A stretch of DNA of 64,000 bases from the human T2T-CHM13v2.0 reference genome, Homo sapiens. The notes under the pieces are model-generated. The model ran no database searches and was not told the DNA's origin. It saw nothing but the letters and a program-made list of their open reading frames with translations. Positions 30,580 through 43,923 of this stretch are shown one piece after another. A program made the position numbers and the translations under genes. Location of the stretch: assembly GCF_009914755.1 (NCBI RefSeq), contig NC_060928.1; one strand, written 5' to 3'. Every line of letters starts with the position of its first letter. The stretch's first letter is position 1.

Positions 30580-30644
30580 AAAAAAAGAGAGAGATAAATC
30601 CCTAAGTTTAATGAACTCTCTGTGTTGTCCACTGTTATTCACTG

Positions 30645-30752
30645 GATTCCTTCCTCGCTCCCTCTTTCCCCTCTCTATTTCTTCCTTATTTTCTTCATTC
30701 CTTCATTTCTCCTTCTTGTGTCCCTTTCTTTTTTCTATATTCTCATTCTTTT
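30645..30752. repeat. CT-rich low-complexity tract
   Basis: Seen directly. Confidence 0.7.
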
Positions 30753-31699
30753 GGCTATAATTAAACTGATGACAATTTCACCTTAATCAAGATAAGCAAA
30801 GTTATTGGGATCTGTTCTGATAGGCTGTTGTTGTCTGAAACTATTTGGCCAATAGGATCCCCAAATTTCCAGAAACATTGGTGTAAGATTTTCTAGGCAT
30901 TGCCTATTTAGTACTGAGCAAATTATTTTACTTCTATCTGCTTTGTCATTTAAAAAGGAAGCTGACATATGAGATCATCTTTTAACATTTTGCAGCTTGG
31001 GAATACTTTATCTGAATAGCTTTTGGTATGCAATAACATTCCAGATCACTTGAAAAACAGGTCAAATTTACGTACACTTTCAAATATGTATTTTTTCATT
31101 TATTTTTTATTTTATATTTTGCTTTTAATAATTATTTTATATGTGGCAAGCACAGTGCTAAATACTTTAATATTTTATTATGTAGAGTTTAAAATAGACA
31201 CAATGGGAGACAAAATAATCAAAGGAACTGTTCACTTAACTTTACCAATATCATAGCAAATGATTTTTAAGTAGAGCTAAATTCCTACCTTTTTAAAATC
31301 CCTAATTTTAAAAAATCAGATATCTTTTTGGTTTTGCATTACAATAGCGGAATAATATAACATATAACTTTCCTTTCTTCAGGATATTGGAAAACCCCTT
31401 AAAGAAGGCACATTAAGGTGGAGTTCATTTTACTTATTGCTGAACACAAAATATTAATTCCTTCAAATATTCATATATTTTATACCTTAATTAATAGAAA
31501 AGCAGACTAAAATTTTTCCACCAATTATTCACTTGCATCGATCCAAATTATTGTAGTATTTGGGTCAAACAGACAATTTTGTCCTTTTAGAGGTTGTATA
31601 GTATGATTGTATCATGAGCAAATTATTTGGACAAATGTCAAATGACATTATCCAGCAAGTTATAATCAATAGGTGCTTATTCAACAAATCATTTTGTCC

Positions 31700-31905
31700 A
31701 GAGAGTAGAGCCCCATGTGAACCAATAGTCAAGAATTCTGTGTAACCTCCCTTTTTGCCGTGACTTGCTTCGTGAATTGGAAAAATCAGTTAACCTCTCG
31801 GTGCTTCAGTTCACTCATCTATGAACTGAGGAGAGTAACATTTGCCACCTAACTTGCCAGTATTTTGTGAAGGTTAATGAGCTTCAGAGTTTATAAAGTG
31901 CTTTT
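31700..31905 (+). mobile_element. MIR-family relic
   Basis: Core TTAACCTCTCGGTGCTTCAGTTCACTCATCTATGAA...TTGTGAAGGTTAATGAG. Confidence 0.7.
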
Positions 31906-32721
31906 TCTTTCTGGATTGAAAGATTTTTGAAGATTACTAAGTGTCACTGCAATTTTTTTTCTTCTTAAAACTCCACTAAATCTTTTTAAAAATTCATGAT
32001 ATTATATTATAAAATATGCGGTAACATTCTTCTAGTGGCACCATCCCATATTTATCATGTTATAGGGGTAAGAAAAGCATCAGCATCACTGCTTCTGTAC
32101 TGGATTCACATAACTCATATTATTAGTCTGAACACATTGCACCCCCAATAACATATGCACGTTTGACAGCTGTTTCCAACTTCAACTTAAAATACTTTAG
32201 TTCTAACCAGTTTCTCAAGACCCTATCATTTCTTGGCATAGTTTTATAAGTTAAATATTAACAGGAAAAAAAAGCTTCTCCTCTGAACAAATGTGCCTCT
32301 TATATAATGCCACAATGAATGAAAAATGTTAAGATCAAGATCTTAACTGAAACCCACAAAAGTAAGATGATTTCATATAAGTGGAAAATCTGTGCTGTTA
32401 CTTTGCACTTTTTGAAACAGTTTTGCCAAAGCTCTGCTTGAGATAAGGGAACTTTTAATAGCACAAATTTGTCTGGATCCTGGACTTTAGATGAAGGGTA
32501 ACAAATTCTATGTTTCATGGATTTTAATTAATTTCATAGTATTTACATATATATAGTTTTTAAATTTGAGCAAGAAAATCATATAATTTTTATGCCATTA
32601 AATGAGTTTATCTTGGAATTTTAGAAAGATATCAAGTTATAGAATAAACTTTTTAAAAATTACAGTTTTTCAGGTTACTTTAAAATATTTTAAAAATACC
32701 CATTGCACCATATATTCAAAC

Positions 32722-32724
<3 letters not shown>

Positions 32725-32762
<38 letters not shown>
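32725..32762. repeat. Perfect (CA)n microsatellite, about 19 units
   Basis: Seen directly. Confidence 0.97.
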
Positions 32763-32764
<2 letters not shown>

Positions 32765-33797
32765 AAAACTTAAAGGAAAAAATTAAAAATACATATATTT
32801 TGCACTTTTGATTTCTCTCTGGACAGGAAAAAGAAACTATCCAAAAAGCCTGGAGGCATAGTACTCTTACGTTTTTTTTCCTGATTATGGAAATCAGTGA
32901 AATTATCTATTATGGTTTTAGTTCAAAGTAAATACAAGTGAAAGTCAATATTATCTGAAAGTTTACAGAAAAAAAATTCCAAAATAATTTTAGATTTTTT
33001 TGGGCACCATCTATCCAAGGGCTATCACTGACAAAGGATTCATTTCTTCGATTTCCCAAAATGAAAGTAATACATAAAAGTAAAATGGAGAGATTTTTAA
33101 GATTATCACCTAGATACCAACATGTCCTTCTTTGTTCCTTCCTAGTTTGCCAACCAGCCTCTACCCCCAGGTCTGTATGGATGTAGATAGAGGCACTTAA
33201 AATGAAGGGCAACAGAAATTCAGGCTCCTGCAAGAAGATACAAGGAGTTTGTCTCTTAAACCACAATCTAGTATTGTAACTGTGACTGGATAGTCAGATA
33301 GCCAAATAAATTACACAGGGATCCTTAATTTAGAGCAGGTAATTTATAAAAAGCAAAATTTGGGTTTAATTATTTTTTTTCTCCTCTTGGGGCAATATAA
33401 TGCTGTGGTTTCCATGTGCCAGTTCTCAGACCAGAGATGGTTTTGGACAAGATGAGAAAAATAAGACAAAATTTTTATGTATGTGAAGGTAAAATTGTCA
33501 ATTATCCTGCTTTATAAAATATACCTTTGAGTCCAAGAATCTGCACTTTTAAATTATTTTGTGATAGAGTTACTTTCTTTTATAAAATAGTGGTGATAGA
33601 GTAAATTTTTTAAATAATGTCCTTACTTAGCAAAGTTAAAAGTTAGAAAAACTATGTTGTTCCTGGTTCCTTCACACTACCACTTTTTTAAGAAAATATA
33701 TTCATCACTAAAATCCAAGTCCAAAACTCTTTGTTTTAAATATTATATAATAGCTTCAGATAGCTTAAGAAAGCAAGATGTATAATATCATTATATA

Positions 33798-33841
33798 TTA
33801 AGTTGGTGCAAACTTAATTGTGGTTTTTGCCACTACTTTTA
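33798..33841 (+). mobile_element. Half MADE1 (Hsmar1 MITE, one TIR plus spacer)
   Basis: TA|TTAAGTTGGTGCAAACTTAATTGTGGTTTTTGCCACTACTTTTA matches TTAGGTTGGTGCAAAAGTAATTGCGGTTTTTGCCATTACTTTTA; second arm absent. Confidence 0.85.
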
Positions 33842-36308
33842 GTGTGAAAGTCAATATTATCTGAAAGTTAATGACTTAGAGAAGTCACTAACTTAGAAAA
33901 AATTTATTATCCACTAAAATATACATTAATATGAAAAATAAATGCTGTTTATATTATATGTAATATTCCTAAAGAGGACTTTTAAATGAACAAAATTTGA
34001 TACGCGATATGTAAAATTGATGCCTTTTTCTGTAAAAGAATTATGATTGCTTTGTTTCATACATAACCTATGATTGGTATGACAAGATTTTATTAAAAAT
34101 ACATGAGATAAAAAAAGATTATTTGGGGACAACAAATAAATGCGATGATGTAAATTAATCAGCAATTTCTCCCAATAAGCCAAACCAACCCAGACAGTCC
34201 ACCCATGTTATCTGACCACTGTCAGCTGAGGAACCCAAAGCCCAGACCACAGAATAGTTGACTAAAGTATTTTCCAAACATACAGATGCTGTTTTGGGGG
34301 TGAGACATTTCAAAATCAGACATACCAGTTCTTTATGATAATTTCGTTTTTGGTAGAGGAAGATAAACTTTGTGGCTGGTAGAAAAATTCTGGATACCTT
34401 CTAGATGCTTAAAAAATACAGGTTGGAAGAAGTCTCTATTTTTGTTACACATCCCAATTTCCAAAATTTTTTGGATTTCTTCGAGCTAGTAAGATGCTGG
34501 CATCATATGAACCCTTGCGTAGCATTGTAAATATTTTCATAGGAAAAAGGACTCACTGCAAGTTATCACAGCTTTCTGGCTGATTACTGTGAAAGATCTT
34601 GCTTGTTTTGACCAAATCTGCCCAGAAGAGTTTTAATGTCCAGCACTAAGTAGATAGAGTTCTTACTAGCTTCTGAATGACAGTTTTATAAGGCCACATT
34701 TTTTAAAAATTGCATTGAATCCACGAGCTTGTTTTTCCCCTGTGTATGTAAAGCTTGGTTACATTGTGGAATCTTTTCTGAAACTAACTTTATCTGCATA
34801 TTTTTGGTCTCTGTAGATGAAAAATGTTAGTGCTGGAAAATTCCTGGACAGTGATTTTAGAGGTGCATGACCATAAAAGCAAAGTATTTCCTTCTTTTCA
34901 CTGCTTGACTTAACAAAATAAACTCATTTTAGTTTTATAAAATGTAGGCAATAATTCAATTGTAAAGGACCCTTAATTTTACTTTAAATGATTTAATCTT
35001 TTGCCTTTACATAACCTTTTAGTATTATCTTTTAATAAAAAGGATAGGCTGTATAATGGTACTTTGGCATTGTAAAGAGGATTTGAAAATATCATTTTCA
35101 ACCCAATATATATTTCATGCTAAGTACATGGACAGGAATATAATTATTGGAGAATAATTATATTAAGCTTCCAATCAGAAGGCTGAATGTGCTGATCCTC
35201 ATTCTTTCACTGACTTCATTCTTTTTCCAAGTTTATTGTGCTATGCCAAGGTTTCTCACCTATGAAAGGGGACTACTTAGGCCAAAGCAAAGAGAAAGAG
35301 AGAGGGGAGAGAATAGACAGGTTTTAGAATTTCGTGTGCATAACAGTAGGCTCCACATTTTCCCTAGTATTTAATGATATACAGTGCATTGGGAGGTCTG
35401 TCTAAATTGGTAACGATCTCAAAATATTAATAAACAAATATGACAGAAATGGACACATTAAATAAATCTGTGCTTATATTATTTTCAAATGATAAAATTA
35501 AACAATATTAACCAACAAAATGTAGGCTGTTCACTGTATTTTTTGTCAATTTAATTTTATTTAATCTTGGAGGAAAATATTTTTTGAAGAGGAATAGATT
35601 GTATTCAATTAAGGTATATGTATACATATGCCTTGTTTATAAATATATACATAGATTATATAGAAAGTGCTAGAGAGAAATTATTTTGGGGGAAGAATAG
35701 ATCACTTATATCAAGCCACTGCCATCAGGTACTTAATAGTCAAATAGACTCTCTATTAGACAAGATAACTCAATGGCTTTGTGTTTGTGCTTATGGAGAG
35801 CGTATTTGACTCAAAACAAAACCAGGAGCTATCTTACCTAAAGTTATTCTCAATCCAATGACTTGGTTTCCTTAAAGAAAGGACTAAACTGGGGCTATAT
35901 GTATCTTACACATGCTATCTGACTCAGTTAGGAGTGTCACTGCATTTTGGTGGGAATTTTTGCTCTAAATTTATTGATAAAGTGCAAATAAAATATATTT
36001 CCATAGTGTCAAGTTACAAAGAAGAAACTTTTTATTTTCCTCAAAGAATACCAGTATGATACTGCCCAAGAATATATAAGACCCTACTCAGCAAAAGACC
36101 CAGAGCATTCTAAAAGTTCCTGAAGTTGTGCCTTGTATGTCAGACTCTCCAGCACAATTGAAGTCACTTCCTCACGCCAGACACATATTCACAAAAAAGA
36201 TTCAGTTAACTAGTTTCTTGAGGTCCTCATGATTTTGTTGTTTTCATATATAAATGAAAGAAAGAAAAGTAAAAATTTGATGATATGAATTAGTTTGTGA
36301 TTACTGGG

Positions 36309-37149
36309 TGTATTAGTTTGCTATAAACTAGACTATTTTAGATTGCTATAGCAAAGTACTACCAACTCGGTGGCTTAAACAACAACAAAGTATTGTTTCA
36401 CAGTTCTGGGGGCTACAAGTCTGAGATTGAGATGTTGTCAGGGTTAGTTCCTCGTAAGGGCTGTGACATGGTTTGGATCTGTGTCCCCACCCAAATCTCA
36501 TGTCAAATAGTAATCCCCAATATTGGAGAAGAGGCCTAGTGGGAGGTGATTGGATCGTGGGGTTGGATTTCTCCTTTGCTGTTCTGGTAATAGTGAGTTC
36601 TCATGAGATCTGGTTGTTTTAAAAGTGTGTAGCACCTCCCCTTTCATTCTCTCTTCCTCCTGCTCCACCCATGTAGGACGTGCCTGCTTCCCATTAGCCT
36701 CCTGGACATAGTAAGAAGTTTCCTGAGGCCTTTCCAGCCACGCTTCCTGTATAGCCTGTGGAACCATGAGCCAATTAAACCTCTTTTCTTTATAAATTAC
36801 CCAGTCTCAGGTAGTTCTTTACAGCAGTGAGAGAACAGACTAATACAGGCTGGGAGGGAGAAACTGTTTCATGCCTCTCTTCTAGCTTCTGGGAATCTTT
36901 GGCTTTCTTTGGCTTGTAGACACCAGGGAAAAGAGATCACCCTGATCTCTTCATATTCATATGGCATTCACCCTGTGTCCAAATGGCCCCTTTTTACAAG
37001 GTCACAATCATTTTGATTAGATCCCACCCTAATGACCTTATTTTAAATTGATAATCTGCAAAAACCCTATTTCCAAATAAGGTCACATTCACAAGAACTG
37101 GGAGTTACAACTTCAGCATCTTTTGGGGGACATAATTCAACTTATAACA
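36309..37149 (-). mobile_element. MLT1B/C-like solo LTR interrupted by MSTA
   Basis: TGTATTAGTTTGCTA...GGTGGCTTAAACAAC...CCAAATAAGGTCACATTC...ATTCAACTTATAACA. Confidence 0.85.
36464..36847 (+). mobile_element. MSTA solo LTR
   Basis: TGACATGGTTTGGATCTGTGTCCCCACCC...GACTAATACA; perfect 5-bp TSD GGCTG. Confidence 0.92.
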
Positions 37150-40100
37150 CGGAGTCTATCCAGTTTGACATTTGTATTTCCATCCTGTTAAGCTCTTAAG
37201 ATAACACAGACTAGAACATTGGGATTTCCTTGTAAGGACTATATTATATAAAACAAGAATATGACAGATTAAGGAAGGTTAAAGAATGCATCTAAAATAA
37301 CATCAACTTAGTTTTGCCTCTTTTTAGTTAAATATGTGCCTTTGAAATATGTTTCTAATGTTCATTATTTCTTTCCATTCTCATCTAATGAATCTTTCTA
37401 CCAACACATAATCCAAATTATAAAAAAAAGTTAGACACAATTTTGGTGGCTGCCCAATATCTGATTCATTTTAATAATCAAAGACAGCCTCTAATAGGAG
37501 TGTGTTTCTCTATTACATGTTCATTCATATTCATAAGGACAAATGCAAAGTAGAGAAATACCTCTCAAAGGAAACAACACATTGGCTATTTGGTTCTTAG
37601 GTAAACAGGCCATGACTGTACTGAATCTGCTGGTCTTTTCTCCAATCCCTCTTTGCCATATCAACTGATTTCTCCACTGTTGATTGAATCAGCTCTGCAG
37701 ACAATCCAATTTTGTCATTAAGACAGCTGAAAGCACAAGATTGACTCTTTTTTTATCTGTTTCATATAAATGCAATTATTGTCAAAGTGTTCTCAAATCC
37801 TCTGACCACAGAACATATGAAACTTTACTTTTTACAAATTTTACAGGAAAAAATAAAGTGGACTCTATAATCGATTTGCCTAATAGTAGTAAAAGTTTGA
37901 GTTAACAATTTTAGGAATTGAACTTAAGAGCCACAAAATCCTCAAGATGGTCTGACTTGACAGTATCTGGAGCTAGGTTGATTTAGGATTAATGACATAA
38001 TGTCTGGAAAATACATTTAGTTTCTTTAAAAAAAATAGAAGCAGTATTGGCTTCAGCATAAAGCAATATTAGGAAAGTATAAACTTCAGACACATTCCAG
38101 TGACCGATGTGTTGCCTCTAATTTTTAGTCTACTAGAGGGGTGAATAGGGTGTTTTTATTCTACTGCATTTACCTTTATTCTAAGATATACTTAGAGTAT
38201 ATCTCTGAATGAAGACCAATGACATACTGGGTACTTAGCACCTTTCCTTGCTTTCCAAGTGGACTGCAAATATTATCTCACTACCCTTCAAAACTATTCA
38301 GGCAAGAAATCATGAATCTCATCTCAAAAGTGATCCTCAACAATGAGAATTTATATTGTCCAATAAGTATGTATACTATATATGCATTTAAAATCTCCCT
38401 TCCCCCAAGTTTTTATTTTGGAGATATAGTCTATAAATGAGCAATTAAGAAACCATCTAAACAAGTCAGGAAGTAACTGCATGTCAAGAAGTTATTTGTG
38501 AATTACTCTCCAACATGTTTGTTTTACAAATTAACATTAAATCTTCAAATAACAATAGGTTGGTGTGATTTTCTGTGAAGCAAACATGAAGCTCTAAGTG
38601 TTTAACCATGTTAAGGGCTGCTTTTCTATTTACATAATGATATATCATGTTTATCTTATTCACACTCTAAAAACATTAGTAACCATTCATAAATGGAGCT
38701 CTGATAAAAGAATACTTCATTTCAGAACCACTAGTCTATGTTAATACCATTTTGGTCAGGGTCTTGTTATAGCTGTTAGGATTTCAACCCCTGTAGGTCA
38801 GAGAAAGAAGATAGGAAAATCCTTAATAAAATGTTGTTAGAAGCTACAGGTGGGAAATAAAGAAGCTCTTGCGACCTATAATCTTATTCCCTCATAAAGT
38901 CACCAAGAGAGCACAGCAGCTTCTGCAGTTGAAATTAGACAACACACTAGTGGCTTTTCAATCTTAACTTTTACAGTTCGATGTTATCATTTTCAGTGAA
39001 GAACAAATGAAGGATACAGCAGCACTGCCAAGATGCTCTCTCTGGGTTTAATCAGTCCACTCAACCACATGAGTAACTCTGCCTTAACAGTATTTTATTC
39101 CCATTTATAAACAATGCAGACGTTTTGCTGGTCTGTTCATAAACAACAGATTCTCAACATGCTTTATTTGGGTTTTATCTATTTCTATGCCAAATACATC
39201 TAAAGAAAAAAATTTCCTTTTAAACATTTCTTATTAGGTCAGATCAACCTTGTAACAGGAGTTGTCATGAGATCATAAAACCTACAGAAGAAATCAGCCC
39301 AGGTAAAGTGCAGAGTCTCTCTAATATATGGTCCCACTATATTGGCACTGTGTAAAAATCCATATTAAAAAAAAGTCCTGTAAAGGGCTACAGGCAAGGG
39401 CTTGGGCAAATAATAATGTTGATGATAACTGTGCTCATTCAGCAGATGCCTCTGTGAGCTCTTGCCAAAAACATAGTAGGCTTTGACATCGTTCTGCCAT
39501 TACAGCCATTGGGGATGGTGCAAAGCTCCAATATTTCTGCCACACTCAATTAGATCTTGAGGGATAATTAGCTTGTTACTTTGTTTTGCATAGAAAAGTA
39601 TGTAACTTGTATTTTTCTTGGCCCAAAAGGGGGAAACAAAGGAATTTTTTTTTTTTTTAGGAAATCACCATTGAGATATTTTTCTTTATTTCATAAAACT
39701 AATATTTTATGTTTTCCCTATTTGGTTAGGAAGAATATTAAGCAAAATATAAAATAATTGAGTTGACAGTATATTTTCCTGTAGAAATATCTAGGGAAGG
39801 GTTTATAGCAATTTTCTATGTTTTATTTTTCTCTTGATTTATAAAAAACATCTCTAGTTACTACAGCACATCAAAGTTACATTTTTAAAAATGTTTAATC
39901 AATATCAAATTGTTTTATTTAAAAATAGGTTCAGACTATCAATCCTAAAAATTATGCTGCCATGAGAAAAGATAAAATAAGTTTCTTTTGTTCTAGATAG
40001 CACAAACGTTTTTACAGATCCATTTTGTTCTAAAAGTTCATCATACTGTACAAAGAGTAGTGTTGCGTATTATTATGTGAAGAGGACAAAATTTTATAAA

Positions 40101-40199
40101 TCTAATTTGCTATCAAGCATCTGCATAATGTTAAGGTTTGGATTTAACATAAGCTTAAGATTTGTTACATGCAATTTTCATTTATTTACCATGTATAGG

Positions 40200-41300
40200 A
40201 CAACTTGTTTAACGAAATATTTGGCACTGTGAGCAGTTTACTTGACAAATTCTGTCAAATATTTGCTTTCTGAAATCTCGAGAATTGGTTGAATATAATT
40301 GTACTTAATGTTTGCAAAATAAATAAATATGGGACTAAGGACGTTCTATCATTAATTTGTCAGAAAAGAGAGTTGTCATTTCTGAAAATTTAATGTCATT
40401 GAAGCTCTATTTCCAATAGCAAAGGAGCACTATTGCTAATAGACTTCAGAGCTTGAAATAAATAAATCTTTGGAATCCTGTTGCATCTCTTGGGGTGTGA
40501 CATTTGACAGTCTTTTATAGCACAGAACGAAACAAGTTTGTGAGCTGGAATTCAATTGTGGCGTATTGATTCCTTGCATCAGTCATTATTCCCTGCTGAT
40601 TGACAGGTGAAAATTGGTTACGTTAAGTATTTCATATGTTATATTGGCTGACATTTGCTTGCCTGCTCTTGTGTCAATATTGTTGTAAAGATCTCCAGCT
40701 TTATGAGATAGCAATAGACACTGACTGTGGCTTTTGTGTGATGTTCCAGTGTTTTTCCTGACATAATTTAAGACATATTAAAAACCAGCAGCATCTTCCC
40801 TCTTGAGAAGCTTAATGCCAATATTATTGTCTTCCAGGGGAAGATCATGTATGCTCATAATCGGGTGCTAATTTCCACCAGTACGCTCATGTTTAGGCAT
40901 TAGGCACTATAACTGTAAAATTGAGCCTTCTTGATTGATTCATGTCAAGCCTCATCTCGGCTCCTGCAGGGGAAGTCATCCGGCTGACCCTTTTTACACT
41001 AAAAGAAGAGATTTGTGTTCCTTTCTTTCACCTGGAACCATCAAATTGACTGAATAATCTGTAATACATTAGTGCTGACATTTGTTAGGGAGAATTAAAC
41101 AAGACACAGTAATCATTCCCCAGAATAAAAATTGTGTTTGATTTCCAGCAGAGTTCTATTAAAGGGAGGACAGAATCTGTCTCTTCCAAGGTGGAAAATC
41201 GTGAATATTCCCTGCATTAATGAACCAAGTTAACACTTTAATTGCTTATAGAACCGAGTTCTCCAATGACAGCATTAAAAGATAGGGAGGCTCTGATTTA
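40200..41300. promoter_or_regulatory. Candidate conserved non-coding enhancer with a homotypic TALE (MEIS/PBX) site cluster
   Basis: No recognisable repeat; 14 TGACA/TGTCA sites; TGATTGACAG at 40597-40606; TGATTGAT at 40932-40939. Function is inferred. Confidence 0.55.
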
Positions 41301-42030
41301 TGGTCAACACAGATTTGTAACCCAGTGAGGTTCTAGAGAGGAAAAAAAATTCTTATTCATTTTGCTTTTGCTAGTCTGAGACATGAAAAGTTGTATTATT
41401 CCCTGGGATATATAAAATTCATCCAAAAATGGCCTACTATCTACTCTCCAACTCACTTGAGAAATATGGCAAAAAGATTAAGTGAGCTAAATATCTAAGT
41501 ACTAAATTTGTCTTTCATTATGTCACTTTGGTTTGCAATGTCTTTGAATTTTGATCAGGAAATATCATTACAGTTCATTCTTTTGGTTCTAAAGTATATA
41601 GGAATCATTGTGTCTGAACTTCATTTGATGCAGAGGCTCCTGAACAACTGTATCTCTTATTCATTGGTCTTCATCCACAGCACCTGCTCATCAACCACAG
41701 CTGTCAACATGGAGCTGAATCATATTACACTCTAGAGTTCACATGTGTGTGCTCTGTAAAAACCACAGTGTTTTATATCTAACTTGTGTAGGACTAATTT
41801 TCAAGATGATTCGTTCATAAGTGATTATGTGAGTATGTTTTCCATTATGAGTTCGCACTTCTCAGAAGTACCACTTAAAAATGGACCTTTTCCACTTTTG
41901 ACTACATTTGTGGAAGCAATTGTCAAGTTTGTTAATTGGGGTCATTTCAAAGTGCTAACATGCCTGCCTGTGCTCTAAATACTTTATGTCGTATGGAGCA
42001 ATTTTGGAAGAAGAATTGAACAGCTTTTGT

Positions 42031-42034
42031 AAAA

Positions 42035-42073
<39 letters not shown>

Positions 42074-42082
42074 AAAATAAAT
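42031..42082. repeat. (AAAT)n microsatellite
   Basis: Seen directly. Confidence 0.95.
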
Positions 42083-43129
42083 ATGTAGAGCAAACAAAAC
42101 TTTCTTCTTCCTTGAATTATCATAAAGATTCCAGAAACTTGCTAAAGTTAAGTGGATGATCCATGAACAAGAGGTAAGCTCCTACCAATTTCTACAAAAA
42201 AATATTCAAAAGAAACTCTTAGTCTAAGAAAATAAAATAAGTTGGTTTCACTTCATTCAATTTGGGAAAGTTTGTGGCTTATTATCTTACAGATGACCTA
42301 TTTCTGTTTAAAAAAAATTCACTGAGCAAACATAAATCCTGTAGCCCTCAGCCAAGCATTTTCTTAGGAATTGAATCTACTAGCATGAAGACATGAGGCT
42401 TGCTCTCATGGAGTCCACAGTCCCCCGGGAGAGAGATGGAACAATATACTTGCAATGAAATAGGTTAAGTTCTGAAGGGAAAAAGCTGTACAAAAAACAC
42501 TCTTTTAATACATCGATGACCTAACTGGTTTGCACTCCAATTTTGTAAATAAAACCACATACATTCATAGTTTAGTATCATTTTGTACTTCACAGAGGAA
42601 AGTTATAATGCAGAAGAGACTGATATATAATTTATGGAATCAGAATCAAATATTTGACAGCTTATCTAGTGTCTCTCCATGAACCTATTTGTTGACAAAA
42701 GCACTTGCTCTGAATGGAGAATGCCCCACTTTTGCATGACACGTCTCCATACATTCATTTTTGGTGGAAGTATAAGGAAGCGCTTCAGTTGTCAATTACC
42801 CTCTCGTCTGAACAGCATGAGGAGCCCTGATAGATTTTAAAGACAATACATATTTTCACTGAAATTACAAACTAATCCAAGGTCAAGCAGTAAATATAAA
42901 ATAAAGCAAAAAACACTGAACTTGAAACAAGAAGCCAAATCATTCTGACCTGAAATGCCTGACCTGGAAAAAGAGTTTGTACTATCTAATTTCTGACATT
43001 ATTCCTAAACCTAAAATTCAATGACAATTTCACATAAAATGCTTTAAAATATACCAGTAAATGATATAGGGAACCGAAGAGTGTAAATGCAAGGGGAAAA
43101 TACTTTTGAAATAAGGAAATTTGTGACTT

Positions 43130-43440
43130 ATTTATTAATATGTAAGTAAGTAAAATATTGGTGACCATAATTTTTTACTGTTAGGACTCAGAGGCATACA
43201 GGTTAATAAGACCAAGTCCCGGTCCTGTGTGTTTCTGTGCACAACAGTAAGAGAGCAGGAGAGTCGACTAAGTCACCCAGTTTGATAAGCCCTATAAGAG
43301 GCAAATTCTATAGCACTCAGAGGAGGTAGCAATTAACTGTGTGGGTAATAAGAAAAGGTCAGAGACCCAGAGGTGTCATTTCAGCTGGGCAGACATTAAA
43401 GAATGTCTCAGATTTTCAGTGTGGTTGAAGTGAAAATGAA
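43130..43440 (-). mobile_element. L2 relic
   Basis: GTTAATAAGACCAAGTCCCGGTCC...CTATAGCACTCAGAGGAGG...AGAGGTGTCATTTCAGCTGGG. Confidence 0.5.
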
Positions 43441-43739
43441 TGAGTACTTTAAGAAGATATTTTTCATTGGTCAGTGTCCCTTTGCTGACAACATAATTAT
43501 CTCTAAATAATTTAAGCAGAATGAAATTTAAAACAGGGTGCTGTTTAACTTATCTTTGGGAGGGCTGAAAAAGGCTCTCATTTGGGCTTTCAGAAATTAC
43601 TCCCAAAGTCATACTACAGAGCCAGACCACAAGGGAACTACTATTTCTTCTACAATCAGGAAAACCTGGCCAATAATGTATAGTTGCTGCTCCAATTAGG
43701 GACATAATGCATAAGCCACCAGACCAGGAAACCACTGTT

Positions 43740-43870
43740 GGCATGTAAGCCCCACATGGGGAGAGATCATGATGTGTTTTGTTCATTGATATATCCCAAG
43801 GACCTTGAAGAGTGTCTGGCATATGGCAGGTGCTCAATCAATATTTGTTGAGTTCACTGAATAAGTGAAC
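43740..43870 (+). mobile_element. L2a 3' end
   Basis: TGTAAGCCCCACATGGGG...GTGTCTGGCATATGGCAGGTGCTCAATCAATATTTGTTGA. Confidence 0.8.
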
Positions 43871-43923
43871 TGCTAACTTTACCTGTTCCAGAACGATCCA
43901 ATGCCTAATAAAATTCACTCCAC

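Noticed and set aside
33798-33880. miR-548-type hairpin
   Set aside because: Only one MADE1 arm is present, so it cannot fold.
38186-38206. 9-bp stem palindrome AGATATACT-tag-AGTATATCT
   Set aside because: Short and AT-rich; expected by chance.
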